The notes under the pieces are model-generated. The model ran no database searches. It had not been told where the DNA came from and worked only from the letters and a program-made list of their open reading frames with translations. The position numbers were made by a program, and so were the translations under genes. Of a DNA stretch of 64,000 nucleotides, positions 24,500 to 38,500 are shown piece after piece. Position 1 is the stretch's first letter; each line of letters opens with the position of its first letter. This DNA comes from Neophaeotheca triangularis (taxonomy: Eukaryota): the NCBI GenBank assembly GCA_054600435.1, contig BAAIJX010000015.1, positions 1-64,000 on the forward strand, given 5' to 3'.

Positions 24500-27400
24500 A
24501 TGATTCCGCAGAAATCGGAGCGCCGAGTTTACTCGGCCGAACTCCTCAATCGCCTCCGAGCAACCGTTTCTCAGCCGAAGCTGAGCGAAGCCATCGAACA
24601 GTATGGTGGTGAAGATGCAGAGCTTTTGAAAGGTATGCCGTTCCAAGTGCATCCTGTACCGCTGCACAACAACACATCAGCTCCTATCGATGCCCTCTTA
24701 CCGTCTGTCAGTTACTTTTAGGCGTACTCGCTGCCCCCTTGCCCAGTTGTTGCTTATTACACACAATCTGCCACTATCATGAGATGCACCTTCCATCAGT
24801 GCATGTCTCAGCTTGCTCTACACCGGAACTCCCAGAAAATCTAACAGGTGTCTATCAACAGAGCACGTTCTACGGGGCTCGAAGTCTTTTACAGCTCGCT
24901 CGTTCCGCTCTCGCGTCTCAACCAACAAAAGTCTCCGCGTCCCATCCAACAACGAGAATCGTTCAGTCTCCGAGGCTTTGCGCGGCTCAACTTCCACAGA
25001 GTCCACCAACGGCACGTCTATCCCGCTTGGCGAAATCAATTCGAATGCTCAACAGGTCCCTCGCGGCATCAACGGCCCATGGCGCCTTCGCCCTTCGCCT
25101 ACTCCCTCGATGAAGAGGAAGAAAGCCGAGGCCATTCTTAAAGCTCACGGCTCACCACCTCATGTCCGCGTCACAGCTGGTGGCCGCATCGTCCCCTCTG
25201 AGCAGAGCCCGCTTTGTCATCCTCGGTATGGCTACAGTGCGGTACAGCTCAATGGAGGCCTCATCAAATTCGCACCCAACCACCCGGCGGGCAAGGCTCA
25301 ATGGATGCAAGCGACTCAGAACGGCTTCGTCGCCCAGGACGTCAACGGTCGACTTTGCCAGATCGTTGATGGCTTCATTCTGCCACTCAACGAGGTTGAC
25401 GGCGCCCTTCGCTTGTTCATGCATGCCCCCAACCTTAACGTTCAGAGCAACTCGCTGCCTTTCGCACAACCGCCTGCCCATGTTCGTAGCAACACTTCGA
25501 GCAACCAGGGTGTCAATCACGGCGAGCGTCCGAAAGCTCATGGTGCCAGTCTCACCGCTCCTCCGGAGCCTTCAATCGCCTCCCAAATCAGCGCTCTCGA
25601 CCTCGAGTATTCCAAGCGCGAGCATGAGCTAAAGGACCTCAACAAGTCTGAAGTGCTCCACAGCCGCGACATGTCGAAAGTTGCCAGAGACGCACTTGTC
25701 GGCAAACGCCGCGAGCTCATCACCACGCTGGACCACATTCGCAGAGCTATCAAGGGCCTCAAAGAAGACACTCAAGGTCCGCCCGCGCATGCACCAACTT
25801 CACCACGCGCGATGCAAGACGACTGTCGCTCCACGTCGCCAAGAGGTCGCCTGCCTACATTCTTGCAGCAGCGTGCTCAGCAGAACAATGGATTCACCTA
25901 CCAAGCACCGCCACAGCAGTCTGCCTTCGAGGCACCCGCTTTCGGTATGATTCCTCATTCGCAGGAGATTTACCCAGCGCCGTACCCATTTGCAGCCATG
26001 CAGCAGTCAAGCACCATGTCGTGCACGGGAGGATCCTTTTCTGCTCCCCCTCCGGCCATGTTCAACCCGCCTCCCCCTTTCTTCGACGGCTCAAATTCTG
26101 CACTCATCGCTCCTTTCTCGGATGGCATGAAAACCTCAGCAGCCCAACCACAGCAGGCGACCGAGCTCGCATCAGGGTTCGACCAACAGACATCTTCGGC
26201 TCCGACCCAGAACGACGGCGCTCGTTCTCATCCAGATCTCAAGATTCCCTCGCAAGGCGGGTCGCACGCCCTGCCCATTAGAGCACCGGAAGCCAGCCAG
26301 AGCAGGGGCGCCAAGTCCGCGCTGAACCCAATGAGCCCTGTTTATACACCTGGCAAAGGACTTCAGACGCATGGCACCGTCTCTGTCAGGGATAGAGCAC
26401 CAACGCCCATGTCGCCGCTCCACAACAGCGCCAAGCAGACTAATACCAAGGGCCCTTCCAGCTACTCTGGAACACCTGTGACCGTTCACAGCCCCAGCAA
26501 GAGTCTTCGGCAGCAGTCGAGCGCAGCGAGCTTCCAGACTGTCGACTTCTTCCCACGCAACACTCGCGAGTACTCGACCCGCAAGGACGCGTATCCGATT
26601 GCATTAGAAGCCTCCGAGGACAAGGAGAATGTCTGCTCTCAGCCCGCTGTCTCTTTCGACGAGAACTCACCCTACACGCCCGACAAACCCTATATCTTCA
26701 AGCCGCAGACGACAGGCAATCGCAAAAACCCATCGGCCCCACCGGCTACTCCTGTGGATAGTAGCGCCCGCGCAAGTCAAGTGCCGTTGCCGCATACCAT
26801 CGACAACACTGACTGGCGCCGCCAGATGAACGCCACAGACCCGGCCGGTCACCGTGAAAAGCACAACCTCAGTCCAAAGTCCAAGCGACAGGACTGGCTC
26901 TTCGTCAGTGAAAGCCCTTCCAAAGTCGCCCATTACCCTTCGTCCTCGCCCGCCGAGCTCCACCAATGCCAGGAGGAGCTTTGTGTTACCGCTAGCCCGA
27001 GCGAGCAGATTGATTTCTCCGACAAGTCTCGCGAATATATTGAAGGCTTCCAAGCCGGTATTACGCGCCAGTCAGTGGGTCCTGAGAAGTACGGTCAGTT
27101 CCTTCTTGGATACTGTGCTGGTATTCTGAGGACGAAACCCGCCGACACGGCGGGACCTTCCAAAGGTAGCCGAGTCAAGCCCGCCGCTCGCCGTACAAGC
27201 CCTGTGCCAATGAACTCCGAGGCGTTTGACCGTCTAACATCGGACCACCAACGCCATGCTACGGGTCAAGCTGACCGTCCACCTTTCGAGCTCAACCTGG
27301 ATTCTTCAACAAACACCTTCAAGCAGGCGATCCTGGCCCCGCAAAACGAGAATGCCGTTCTTACCCCTGGCCCAGATGGGCCACGTGTTGGCGACCAACC

Positions 27401-28415
27401 CCTCAACCTGGGCGCCTGGGCAAAAGCTCGTGAGATCACCGACGGTCCCAGCGCGACCGAGAACTTGGCGGCAGCGCCAAAAGGCCGCGGTGAAGGTGCT
27501 GCCGAGTTCCCCTTCCCCTACCGCCAAACGTCTTCCCAGCGAAAAGACAGCGTGCAGTCCGGCCAAGCCACGAGCTTCGGGTCCACGGGCAAAAGCGCCG
27601 TACTGCCCCAAGATCACATCCGCAACAGTCTCGACGGCAAAGTCCTCGGACCCACCCCCGTCTTCTCAAACAAAACCGGCAACCAACTTCCCGACTCCCG
27701 CGTCACTTCCACGGGCTCCAAAAGCCCGAATCCCGCCATGGCCTCGATGACCCGCATCGACAGCATCACAAGCACCGACTCCCAACTCCACCGCCAATAC
27801 GCCGGCCACCGCATCATCAGCCCAAACCTCGACTGGAAATCCACCTCGTCCATCGCGCAAGCCACAGGCCTGGCCGCGGGCTTCTTCGCGCACGCGCAAA
27901 TTGACGGTACGGTCGAAGACCCTCTTCCTTGCCACACTGACGGCGCGGCCGAGCTGACGACGCCCGCAGGCTCCGCGTCGGCGATGCACCAGGCTCCCGG
28001 CAACACTGCCGCGGCTGCGATTCCAGCGGCGCCCGCGACCGCGCACCCGCGCAGCCGCTTCCGTGAAAATTCCATCGACGGCACTTCCCCCGTTTGCAGC
28101 CCGCCACTGTCACCAACTCTCTCCCCGCTCTCCCTGTCCCGGGCTTCGAGCCCCACGAAACACGAGCGCCTCCCCGTTGGTAGGAAGGAAAAGGAGAGTC
28201 CCAGCAAACACGGCACTGGCGGATCGCCCGCGCGTGCCAAGTTCGAGTCGATTGCCGGCAAGGTTGGGATCAAAGTTGCCGTGGCCGGCGGGAAGCAGGA
28301 AGAGCAGGCTGGGGTTGAGAGTGTCAGCGCGAGTCCGCAGGGTAAGAGGCGTTGGAGGGATGTGTGGAAGGGTGGGAATGGGAAGAAGGAGGGGAGTAAA
28401 GAGGAGGTTGTTTGA
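24500..28415 (+). CDS. Large, mostly disordered hypothetical protein (~1228 aa), 2 exons
   Basis: Exon 24500-24632 plus 24862-28415 (GTATGC..CTAAC..CAG) gives a continuous frame. Contains HGSPPHVRVTAGGRIVP, a coiled-coil segment and S/P-rich regions. Confidence 0.82.
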
Positions 28416-29045
28416 GTGAGCTGGCGGGAGAGTTGGCGTGGCTTAGTGATGAGGGTTTTTTTGTTGGTGGTGGAGGTGGCGATTTTGGACAGTGGTGGTA
28501 ACGCAGGTGGTTTTGGGGGCTGCTCAGGATACGGGATGCTTCTTTTTTGGTTTGCATGGCTTTTCTCTTTCTTGGACTTGTGATGGAGTTGAGGAGGGTT
28601 CTTTTGGGGTTTCTGACACGACTTATGCGGTACTGCTATCTGGACGACGCGATGAATTGGTTAAGGGAGGTGTGGTTGAGTGGTCTCGACTCGGTAATGG
28701 TGCTGTTGGTTGAGCTATCGGACTCGAGGTATATTTGCTTGGCATTTGGCTACATACGGATAACTTGGTAGCATAGTGTGACCGCAATTAAAGACTTTTC
28801 TTGCAACGATGTCTTCTGCCTTCCCGTCTGCATTCGGCCATGACTCATTGGTTTGCTCGTACTGAATTCCCCGAGGGAAAGATGCACGCGAGCGTTGGAG
28901 AAGCTGTTCCGTCGTCAATGCCCGCAGGGAGGTGCCTGGTGAACGACATGTGACATTCCACGGCTGCCCACTGCCTGCCACTATACTTGATCTAGACTTC
29001 AGACTCCAACCCAACGACGCACGACGTTTTCCTCCTCCTGCAAGC

Positions 29046-30335
29046 TCAACGCACATTCAGGCTGCCGTAACGATTCTGGTGAGGCAATTGATGTTCGCTG
29101 CGCCCAAATGGCCCACTCTGCTGACGACCTGCCTTGTAACCAGCACTCATGCCACCGTTGCCATTTGACTGGATGTTGGCGTCTAGGTTGCTGAGGGGCC
29201 CGCGGTGAGGTGTACCTCGACGGCTATGGTCGCCGCCGAGCTGGTTGACCCCCATCTGAGAGCTCTGCATCGGCACGCCGCCCTGCTGCATAGACATGTG
29301 CTGGCGGGCTGGTGTGGGTATGTGTTGGGGTGCGAAGGTGCCTGCTTGTGTTAGTAGTTGCATAGGACACCGAGCAAAACTGTGTTGAGCTGTGTGCGTA
29401 CCGTTGTGACTATTTGGCTGCGGGTTCTGATATGCGTTAGGGTTGATGCGATTGACACCACTGATTCCGCTGCCAGTACGGCCGTGTGTTTGCTGCAAAC
29501 CGCGAGGACGGCGAGGATCTTCCGCGTGCTGATGGCCAGAGTCGTGAAGGGCCTGCTCTGTAGCCAGGCTGGCGGCGCCAGCAATGTCACCGAGCAACGC
29601 CTTCTGTTTCAAGCTCTCATACATCTTCTTATACTTGACGTGATGTCGGTTTTTTTCTTTGAATTGCTCTTCTACCACTTTGCACTTCTCTTGGAGCTGA
29701 TGATTTTGAATTGTCATGGCTGTATCCGACGATCAGTACCCTACAAGGGAATAGCAGGTGACCATGCGAGCCTACCAGAAATTTGGTCCGTCAACTTCTC
29801 GACCTTACTGTTGGCTTTGAGAATCGTTGCCTCGTATTCGTCATCGAGCTTGCGGTATTGGTCGCGCATGCATTTGTAGAGATACTCCTGGTAGACACTG
29901 CTATTATCAGCCAGGGCGTCGTGTGTAGATGACTTGCATAATACTTACATCTCCTGCGTGGCTTGGTAGTTGAAAAAGGCCAGACCACGGCTAGCGCATT
30001 CTGTAATGACCCCGGGGTTAAGTCCACTCAGTACGCTGGTCTTGTAGTCTTCGCTAGGGTTGAGCTGCGCGACGACGGCATCGTCTTGGTTGTTGAGTGG
30101 ACTTTTACACGCCGGACAGACTCGACCGCCACTTTCAGCATTCGCAAGGCCGAGCTTTTGTGCGCAGCCAATGCAGAAGATGTGACTACAGTACGAAGCG
30201 TGAGGTTAGTCAGGCAGCCAGCCAGCAGATTGAGTTGGTGCATAGTACGCACCTGCAAGTAGTGACGACTGCTTCCTGGCGGAGTTCCTGGCGGCATGGG
30301 AGCGAGTTGCACCTCAAGGTGAATTCGTTGTCCAT
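29046..30335 (-). CDS. HEI10: Meiotic RING E3 ligase HEI10/CCNB1IP1, multi-exon (3' end uncertain)
   Basis: MDNEFTLRCNSLPCRQELRQEAVVTTC|SHIFCIGC...CPACKS, LNPSEDYKTSVLSGLNP..ECASRGLAFFNYQ, followed by a coiled coil. Confidence 0.9.
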
Positions 30336-30756
30336 GGCCGACAGCTATGAGCAAGCTTGAGCGTTGAGCAACGGGAGGGGACGGTGGCGGTGAGGGCGGT
30401 GAGGGCGGCGGCGGCGGCGGCGGTGGTGGTGATAGCGGTGGTCAAGGAGACATTGGGTTGAAAGGAGTAGAGGTGTTGTTCTTAACGCATCTCGACGCCG
30501 AAAGCGGATCAGCTAACCAGAGCAAAGGGGGGCCGAAAGCGGATGAAGAAGGAGCTCTGTTGCCAAAGGCAGGCAGGTACGTCCCCGTTGTTGTCACATT
30601 TATTTACGTCCCCCACCGAGCAAGCAGCTCCTAGGTGTCTATGATACACGAGACTCGTCTCATCTCAACGGCAAATCAGTAAACACAGCGCCACTATTCT
30701 TGGGTATCAGCTTTTGTCACAAATCGCACAATTTCCACAACACCGAAAAAAAGTCT

Positions 30757-32139
30757 CTACGAAACATCACGCCTGAGCATGTCGAGGATGCTGTTCCCGT
30801 CCGGCACCTCCACTTCGCCTTCCTCCATCTCGTCACCAGCATCGGGAACCTCTTCAATCAGTTTGCGCAACTCTTTGTCTTCTTCCTTGCGGGATTTCAA
30901 ATACTCCTTCTCTAGCAGGAAACCCTCTGGGAGGGAGTCGGGTTGGTTGGGCAGCACGTATAATATCGGGAAGCCTCGAACTATTCGGCCTCGGAGAAGT
31001 TGGGTCAAGGATAGGCTCTTTTTCACGGGAGCCAGAACTCGGACTGATGCGGCTGTACCAGGTCGGAGCAGATAAATGTTCGTATCCCGATCTTCAGCGG
31101 CTTTCTGCTTCAGCGCGCTGCTGGGTTCAATACCAGGCTCGGTCTCGCTGTCATTTCCGCCTTTGTGTGGTGATCCTGGAGTGGCAGTCTTGGTTGCGTC
31201 CAGGACAGCCACTCGATCATCGCAGATTCCACTCGACATCTCACTGCCTGATGCGGGGTCGGTTCCTGAGGTCGCGGGTGCCTTTGTCATGCGAGGAGCA
31301 TTCCACTGGGTGGCATGATCGTGGGAACCCGGAGAAGGGTTCGGATTGGCGACATGCGAGGTCTTTCTTATTTTCGAACCCCTGCCGGATTCGGCCTCTA
31401 GATCCAGTCCTTCAAGCCGTTTTGCCTCTTTGCGTGCCTGGCTTTGTGAATGTAAGCCATGACCGTCTAGTTCGCGTTTCACCGCATTGCGCTTCTCAGC
31501 CAACCTTCTGCTGAACAGCTCGCCGATGGGAACGTCATCTGTGAAATTATCGCTGATTTCAGACTTGCCACTCGAATCCACCCATTCGATAGTCCAGGCC
31601 ACCCTTTTGCTCCTTGAAACGATAATATTAGCGATGCTCATGTAGCGAGGAGTCAGTAAATACTTACTTGGTGAGTCTTGTCTTGTTCTGCAGGTCTCTG
31701 GCCATTCCCTTGGGCGGATGCTCCACTGTAATGTCGTTCTCTCTCAGATAAACGTCCAGCATGGAGCCCTTTTGCCGACCACGGGCGACTGCTTTCATGA
31801 CATCGCCCTGATCGGGATTTACGTCCTCGCTGGCTCGGTCAATCGTTCGCTCCAGCCCTTTCAAGTAGTTGTAGTCGTGGTCGATGCCGGATGGAGTGGC
31901 CAATTCCGATTTTTTCTTATACTTGGAAGGGTCCCGCTTGCCGTTGCAGACTGCTCTCTGTTGGTGCTTTTTGTAGCATGGAAGCGAGCACGTTGCTGTC
32001 ATGCATCTTGGGCACTTGTATTTTGGAGGTTGCTCGTAGCTTTTCTTTAATGTCAGTATGGTTGCAAGGGTGAAGGAGAAATATCGTCAACGATGGCTTA
32101 CCAGATGCTGCACAGCTTTGTAAGGTCTGAGTCTGCCAT
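30757..32139 (-). CDS. BCD1: Box C/D snoRNP assembly factor Bcd1 (zf-HIT), 3 exons
   Basis: LCSIC|YEQPPKYKCPRCMTATCSLPCYKKHQQRAVCNGKRDP, DHDYNYL, WTIEW and GFPILYV. Confidence 0.85.
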
Positions 32140-32524
32140 TATGCCTGTGGTCTTATCTACTCTCGCATTGTCGTTTAATCAGACTTTGCAATTATCGCGT
32201 TGCGAGGATTCTAACAAGTTATACATGCCCGCAGGTGAACATCCAAGGAAGGTCGCTCCCCTCAGGCTAGACAGCGTCGCCGAACTTTAAAGACAGAGTC
32301 TTGGCACAGCTCTTGGTGGGGCCAAATGGGATTGGTGGCTCTACGTAACCTCACCCGGCCTGGAGCTCGCCAGGCGCCCATTCACCACCACTACTAACTT
32401 AACGACAGCCCCCTGCCTTTTGCCTTTTATCTTTGCAAGGTGATGCGATAGGTACTCGAGCGATTGCTGAGGTCCTCCAATACTACAACCGACTTCTCAG
32501 GCCCCTGCGGCAACCAACTCCATC

Positions 32525-34029
32525 ATGGCCAACAACACCCCAGCCGTTGTCATGGACAAGTGCGTACCCTGCATACCTGGCCCAGTCACCATCGACGAAC
32601 CGTACTAACAAAACACAGCGGTACGGGCTACTCCAAGCTTGGTTTTGCCGGCAACGATTCTCCTTCCTTCGTCTTCCCGACCGCAATCGCGACCAAAGGG
32701 CCAACAGGCGGCGCGGGCGGGTCTGGGTCTGGCCGACCGGCTGTCGCCAACAAACCTACTTTCTTGACCGGAGGTGCTGGAGGGGGAGGCCACCTGTCTA
32801 TGAAGAGAGGGACGGAGGATTTGGACTTCTTCATTGGTGATGAGGCGCTCGCTGCTGCCGGTGGACCCGGTACGTTGGAGAACAAGATGTTTCGCAAAGG
32901 AAACAGGCGGGCGAGGATGAGAGGCTGACAAGACTTAGGCTACGGACTTCATTACCCTATCAGACATGGACAGGTAGAAAATTGGGTAAGGACAACTATT
33001 CAGCTTGGATAATGGGTTCCCGCTGACAGAAGGCAGGACCACATGGAACGCTACTGGTCAAACAGCATCTTCAAATACCTGCGAGTCGAGCCGGAAGACC
33101 ACCATTTCCTTCTAACTGAGCCGCCTCTTAACCCACCGGAGAACAGAGAAAACACGGCCGAGATCATGTTCGAATCGTTCAACTGTGCTGGTCTCTACAT
33201 TGCCGTGCAGGCCGTACTGGCTCTTGCTGCATCCTGGACGAGCTCAAAGGTGCAGGACCGAAGTCTAACGGGTACTGTCATCGACTCTGGTGAGGGTGTC
33301 ACGCACGTCATTCCGGTAGCAGAAGGTTACGTGATTGGCAGCAGCATCAAAAGCATACCAATCGCTGGTCGGGACATCACCTACTTTGTACAATCCCTCC
33401 TACGCGACAGAGGCGAGCCAGACAGCAGCTTGAAGACCGCGGAGCGTATCAAGGAGGAGTTCTGCTACGTCTGTCCCGACATTGTGAAGGAGTTTTCGCG
33501 CTTCGACCGGGAACCCGAGGACAGATTCAAGAAGTACGACGTGCGTTACCCCAACGGCCGAACAACTTCGGTCGACGTTGGTTACGAGCGCTTCTTGGCT
33601 CCAGAGATATTTTTCAACCCCGAAATCTACAGCTCCGACTTCCTGACACCCTTGCCAAACATTGTCGACAACGTCATTCAGACCTCGCCCATTGACGTGC
33701 GAAGAGGCCTATACAAGAACATTGTTCTTTCCGGTGGTAGCACGCTGTACAAGGACTTTGGCCGCAGATTACAGCGAGACATCCGACACCTGGTCGATGC
33801 TCGTATAAAAGCATCCGAGACGCGCGCGGGCAACGCGGCCAAGTCGGGAGGTCTCGATGTTCAGGTCATTACGCACAAGAGGCAAAGGCACGGCCCTTGG
33901 TTCGGTGGCTCACTGCTTGGGCAGACTCCGGAGTTCCGTAGCTACTGTCACACCAAGGCTGAGTACGAGGAGTATGGACCGAGCATTGTGAGGAGGTTCG
34001 CTTTGCTCGGTGGTCCAGGGAGCACCTAA
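32525..34029 (+). CDS. ARP3: Actin-related protein 3 (Arp2/3 complex), 4 exons
   Basis: [56 protein letters not shown] and [17 protein letters not shown]. Confidence 0.96.
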
Positions 34030-34990
34030 TGTAGGCGAGGGTGTGATGGCGCTTGTTCAGGAAGCCGCGATCAGTGTCATGCAAGGAACCGCAACGGTAC
34101 AGACAAGATGGCAACGTAGCCAAGGGCCGAGTTGGAGCGGCTTCGTCGTGAGCAGGACGTTCTCATGAGGCTTGAAAGTATGTATACATAGCTTGGGGAG
34201 CGTCCAAAAGCATACCAAAACCCGTGGCGATTTCCAACAACACCGAGCAGTTTTTTCATACCTTTCTTCAAGCAATGAATGCTTGGCAGTGTTTGCTCTG
34301 TTGGGTACTTCAACCACGGAGTACCCCTCGAACTGGCATTAAGTACTACCTAGGTACCTTACCAAATAGTCTCTTGGGTTACAGCAGCCTGCAGCATGGG
34401 CACGTGGTGATGCGATGCGACTCGCCAGGTTCGCAGCGACCGCCCTTCAAGCGCCGCACGTGCTCGATGCAGATGCAGCTCGAAAGGAAATGAGCCCGTG
34501 ATGAACCCTTAAGTTAGCCTCCGCAATCGATGTCACGATTCGAACGCGGACGAGTGCAATTGGATGTTTTGTCATTATTCTTCTTCTTCTTCTTAGTGGC
34601 TCACCCGCAGTGCTTCCATCTCGGCTACTGCGAGGAGGAGGAGGGGACACCGGAAATCCGGCTTTTCGGTTCGGTTGGCCTGATGCAGGGCTGGAGGGGG
34701 GGGGCATAGATCATAGATCACAGATGCCACGCTTTTCCCCCGTGCCGCAGTGAATTAATTTAATTAATCGTCTAAGGTTGAGTACCTTGTGTACCTCATG
34801 CACCTTGCTACTGTATGTACTGGATATCAAGTAACGTTGTGGCCAGGAACGCGTTCAGTAAGTCGGCTCGGGCGTGTGCTACCTTTGCCTGCATTAAAGC
34901 TGCATCTCAACTGGCTACATACTTCCGCCGCCACGACCGACCGACTTGTTGTTTGCCAGGACTTGGATCTTGGATCTTGCAAAGCGCTTT

Positions 34991-35014
34991 GATCTTGATC
35001 TTGATCTTGATCTT
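34991..35014. repeat. (GATCTT)4 microsatellite upstream of the Zn-cluster TF
   Basis: Direct tandem repeat. Confidence 0.85.
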
Positions 35015-35528
35015 GATTCATCTCAGGCTACCTAGGCAATTCCGGGTCATCCAGCCCAACCAACCCAACATCAACGGTCCTCGGTGTTTGCCGCATTCAA
35101 CCCCTCTTGTTGTTCTGCAAGCTCCAACGTGTGCAAGCGAGTCGACGTTTCGTTTCGGACCGACCGATTCCTCTCCACCACTTCCCCGAACTCCCCCGCC
35201 AAGAGCCCCGAGGCCGACCTCAGATGCTCACTACCTCGCGCCTGCACCGCCCGTGACCCCCCTCTCCTCCTCTTCCCTCCTCGTCTTGCAAGCAAGCGAT
35301 CTCGCAGGCGCCGCATTCTCTTAATCGTCTCCTCTCGTCCCAACCATACCGCTCTCGTTGCCCATCGTGGAGCAAGATCCCCTTCGTCAAGCAGACTCTC
35401 TGCTCCAAACTCTCTCGGCTCCCGAGCCCGAGCTCGGTGCTGTAGCGACCGCCGCCAACCACACCACAGCATCTGGTCCCTCATATGACCCTGCTGCCGG
35501 GCCTTCGCCCAGGCAACCGCAAGGTCGA

Positions 35529-38500
35529 ATGCGCTCGCAAATCGCGTGCGAACGCTGCCGTCGCTCCAAAATAAAATGCGTCAACAACGGCCCCGGGACG
35601 ACATGTCGGTCTTGCGAAAACAGTGGGAGGACGTGTAACTACCCTTCCCCCGGCAGTGGCGGTGGTAGGCGCAAAGAGGGGAGCATATCGGGAGCACGAC
35701 CCGACGGCTACGAGTACGGCGAGAAGCGCGTAAAGGTTAGGAAGACTGCGCATGCTGCGCCGACGAGCCATGCCGCTCAAAGGGAGAGTCCACGCCCGCT
35801 CACGGATGCTCTGGACGCGACTCTACTCACACCCTCGGTTTGGATGCAGCTGTTTGACATCTTCCAGCTGCACTACTCGGCGGATCTACCCTTCCTCCAC
35901 CGGCCGACGTTCCTGAAACCGCTCCAGCAGTCGACGATGCAACCGCCGCCGGGATTGATGGCTTCGCAAGCGCCGATCGGTGCTACACGACCACCGGCCT
36001 CCCCGGAGTTCCTTCTCGCATTTCTAGCACTGACAGCTCGCTTCCACCCTGTCCTTGTGGAGCAACATTCACCACCGACAGCAACGCGCGCAAGCAACCC
36101 CCTAATAGCGGCCGAATACTATGCAGTAGCAGCACACGAGCATGTCGCGTCTGCATGGACTGGCAATGACAGTGGTCTCCATATTGAGAAGATCCAAGCA
36201 GCTTTGATGCTGGGACTCCACGAATGGGGCATGTGTCGGGGCGCCAAAGCGTGGTTGATAGTAGGTGGCGCCATACGGTCGGCGCAAGCCATGGGTCTCC
36301 AGTATGATCAAGACCTCGACGATGAACCCATGTCGAGATCGCTGGCTCTGGAAGGAGAGCTGGAGAAGCTTGGGCTGCCTACGGGCCAGAGTGGCAAAAG
36401 CTCTGCTATGGGCCAGGGTGACGAGGAATGGGCTTTCATCAATCAAGAGGTTCGGAGACGGACGTTTTGGAGCTGCTTCATCATGGATCGCTATCTCAGC
36501 AGTGGTAAGTACAGACCGCAGATGTTGCATGCTAGGGAGTTGCGGATACAGCTGCCCGCAAGCGAGCGGTCGTTTACTTTTGCCGAGAAGGTGCGTACGC
36601 TTATGCTGGGTGAGGAGGAGCGCGATGTGGCCAGCAGAGACCAGGTGCAGAACAATCGCCAGGAGTCTGTCCGACATGGGACGGGCGAAGAGCCTGGCTT
36701 TGCTCGCAATCACTCTATTAACGGTGTTTTGGCGCATGACAACGACGAGGGATTGCTTGAAATTGGGGATGATGAAGGTTTGGTCAGCCGATACATCAAG
36801 ATACTGGAGATTTACGGCAAGGTCATAAGATGGTCCTGTGCCGGAGGCCGGAGGTACGCTACTCCTCCCATCATGTTTAATGGGACTTTACTAATATCGA
36901 GCAGGGTCGAACAGTATCCCCCATGGGATTCCCGATGCGAATGGTTCAAGCTTCGCCGACTCTGTACTGAGTTCAAAGCAAGTCTCCCACGACAGCACGT
37001 CTTGACAGCACGGAACACCCAAGCGCACATTGATCAAAAAACCTCTCCACCTTACACACTTGTGCATACACTGCTAGCGCTTTGCTTGATCATGCTTCAC
37101 AGAGAGTACGTCCCATTCATACCGATCCGATGTCCCAAACCCCAAGGACCTCTGGACCCGCCGTTGTTTCCAAAAGACCGATTCGACGTCCCCGAAGGCT
37201 TCTGGGAGGAAAGCGCGCGCGAGTGCTTCAAGGCCGCTCGCGAGATGATGGACCTCGTGCAGACTTGCCAGCAATGGAACGCTCTGGTCGAAACGCCGAT
37301 AGTAGGCTTCGCCATCTACACGGTGGCTTTTGTGGGCGTTTATTGCATCAACTTCCCCAACATGGATCCCGACGGCTTCATGTGTACACAGCCTTCCTCG
37401 AAACCGTCTGGCCCATCGGCTGGTGAGAGCGAGGGCTTCAAAGCCGCTCGCAAAGCGCTAGAAACTGTGGGCCAGATGCGACCGAGACTCTACATGGCAG
37501 ATGGTTGGTTCAAGACGATCAACCGCATGCACAAGTACTTTAGGCGGATGAAGAGTGACTACAAGAAGAATGTTAACAGCAACGCTTCCGGTAGCGATGA
37601 CAGTCCAATCGCCGGTTCCCATACCAGCGTGCGTGAGGGTGGCATTGGTGGCGGTCTAGATGAATACACACGCCTCGAACGTGTGCTCAAGGACTTTGGC
37701 AATTTGGAGGATGAAGAAGTCGAGATAAAGGATATTTCCGAGAGACATAGTTCGAGACCGCTCGATGCTGTTTACGATGACAGCCCTGACAATACGACAG
37801 TGAAGAGTGAGGAGGCGGACAATCGACACGCTTCTTCGGAGACAAGTCGACAACAACAAGACGGGCCATGGAAGGCGGTCAATACAATCCCAGGTGCCGA
37901 CGTATCCCGGCAGCCGAGCATGTCTGCTCCTGCTAATGGCCCATTTCGGAGTTACGACTCCTACCACCCCCAGCCGACTCAAAGCCAGCCGCCGCAGCAG
38001 ACTCAACAGCAAGCTCAATCAGCATACACTCCCCTTCATCTCAACAACTTCCGACCAGCATATTCCAGCGAAACGCCCGTCCCACCAGGAGGTGCACCCC
38101 CAAGTCTGACATCTCCGGCCTCTCATTCCGCCACCACCGCCTCCCAACCCTCTCCCCCCTTCGATCGAGGCAACCCAATGTACGCCGGCTGGACTCCTCA
38201 TAACGCCGCCTACACGCCAAAAACCCCACAACACCACTCGCAGCAACAACAACCCTACTCCAACGCACCAACGCATCAACAGCAATTCCAACAGCAGCAA
38301 CAACAACAACAACACCACCACCTCCAACAATCCCCCACGCATCAAATGCACCACCAACCCTACGCAACCTACCCAGCTTACCCCTCGCCCTCGCAACAAC
38401 CCACCCAGCAGCAGCAACAGCAAGCGCAACACATCCCCTCGCACCTCCCCCCACAACCACAAATGTCCGACCCCGTGCCCCCACCCCGCCCAGCTCCCGT

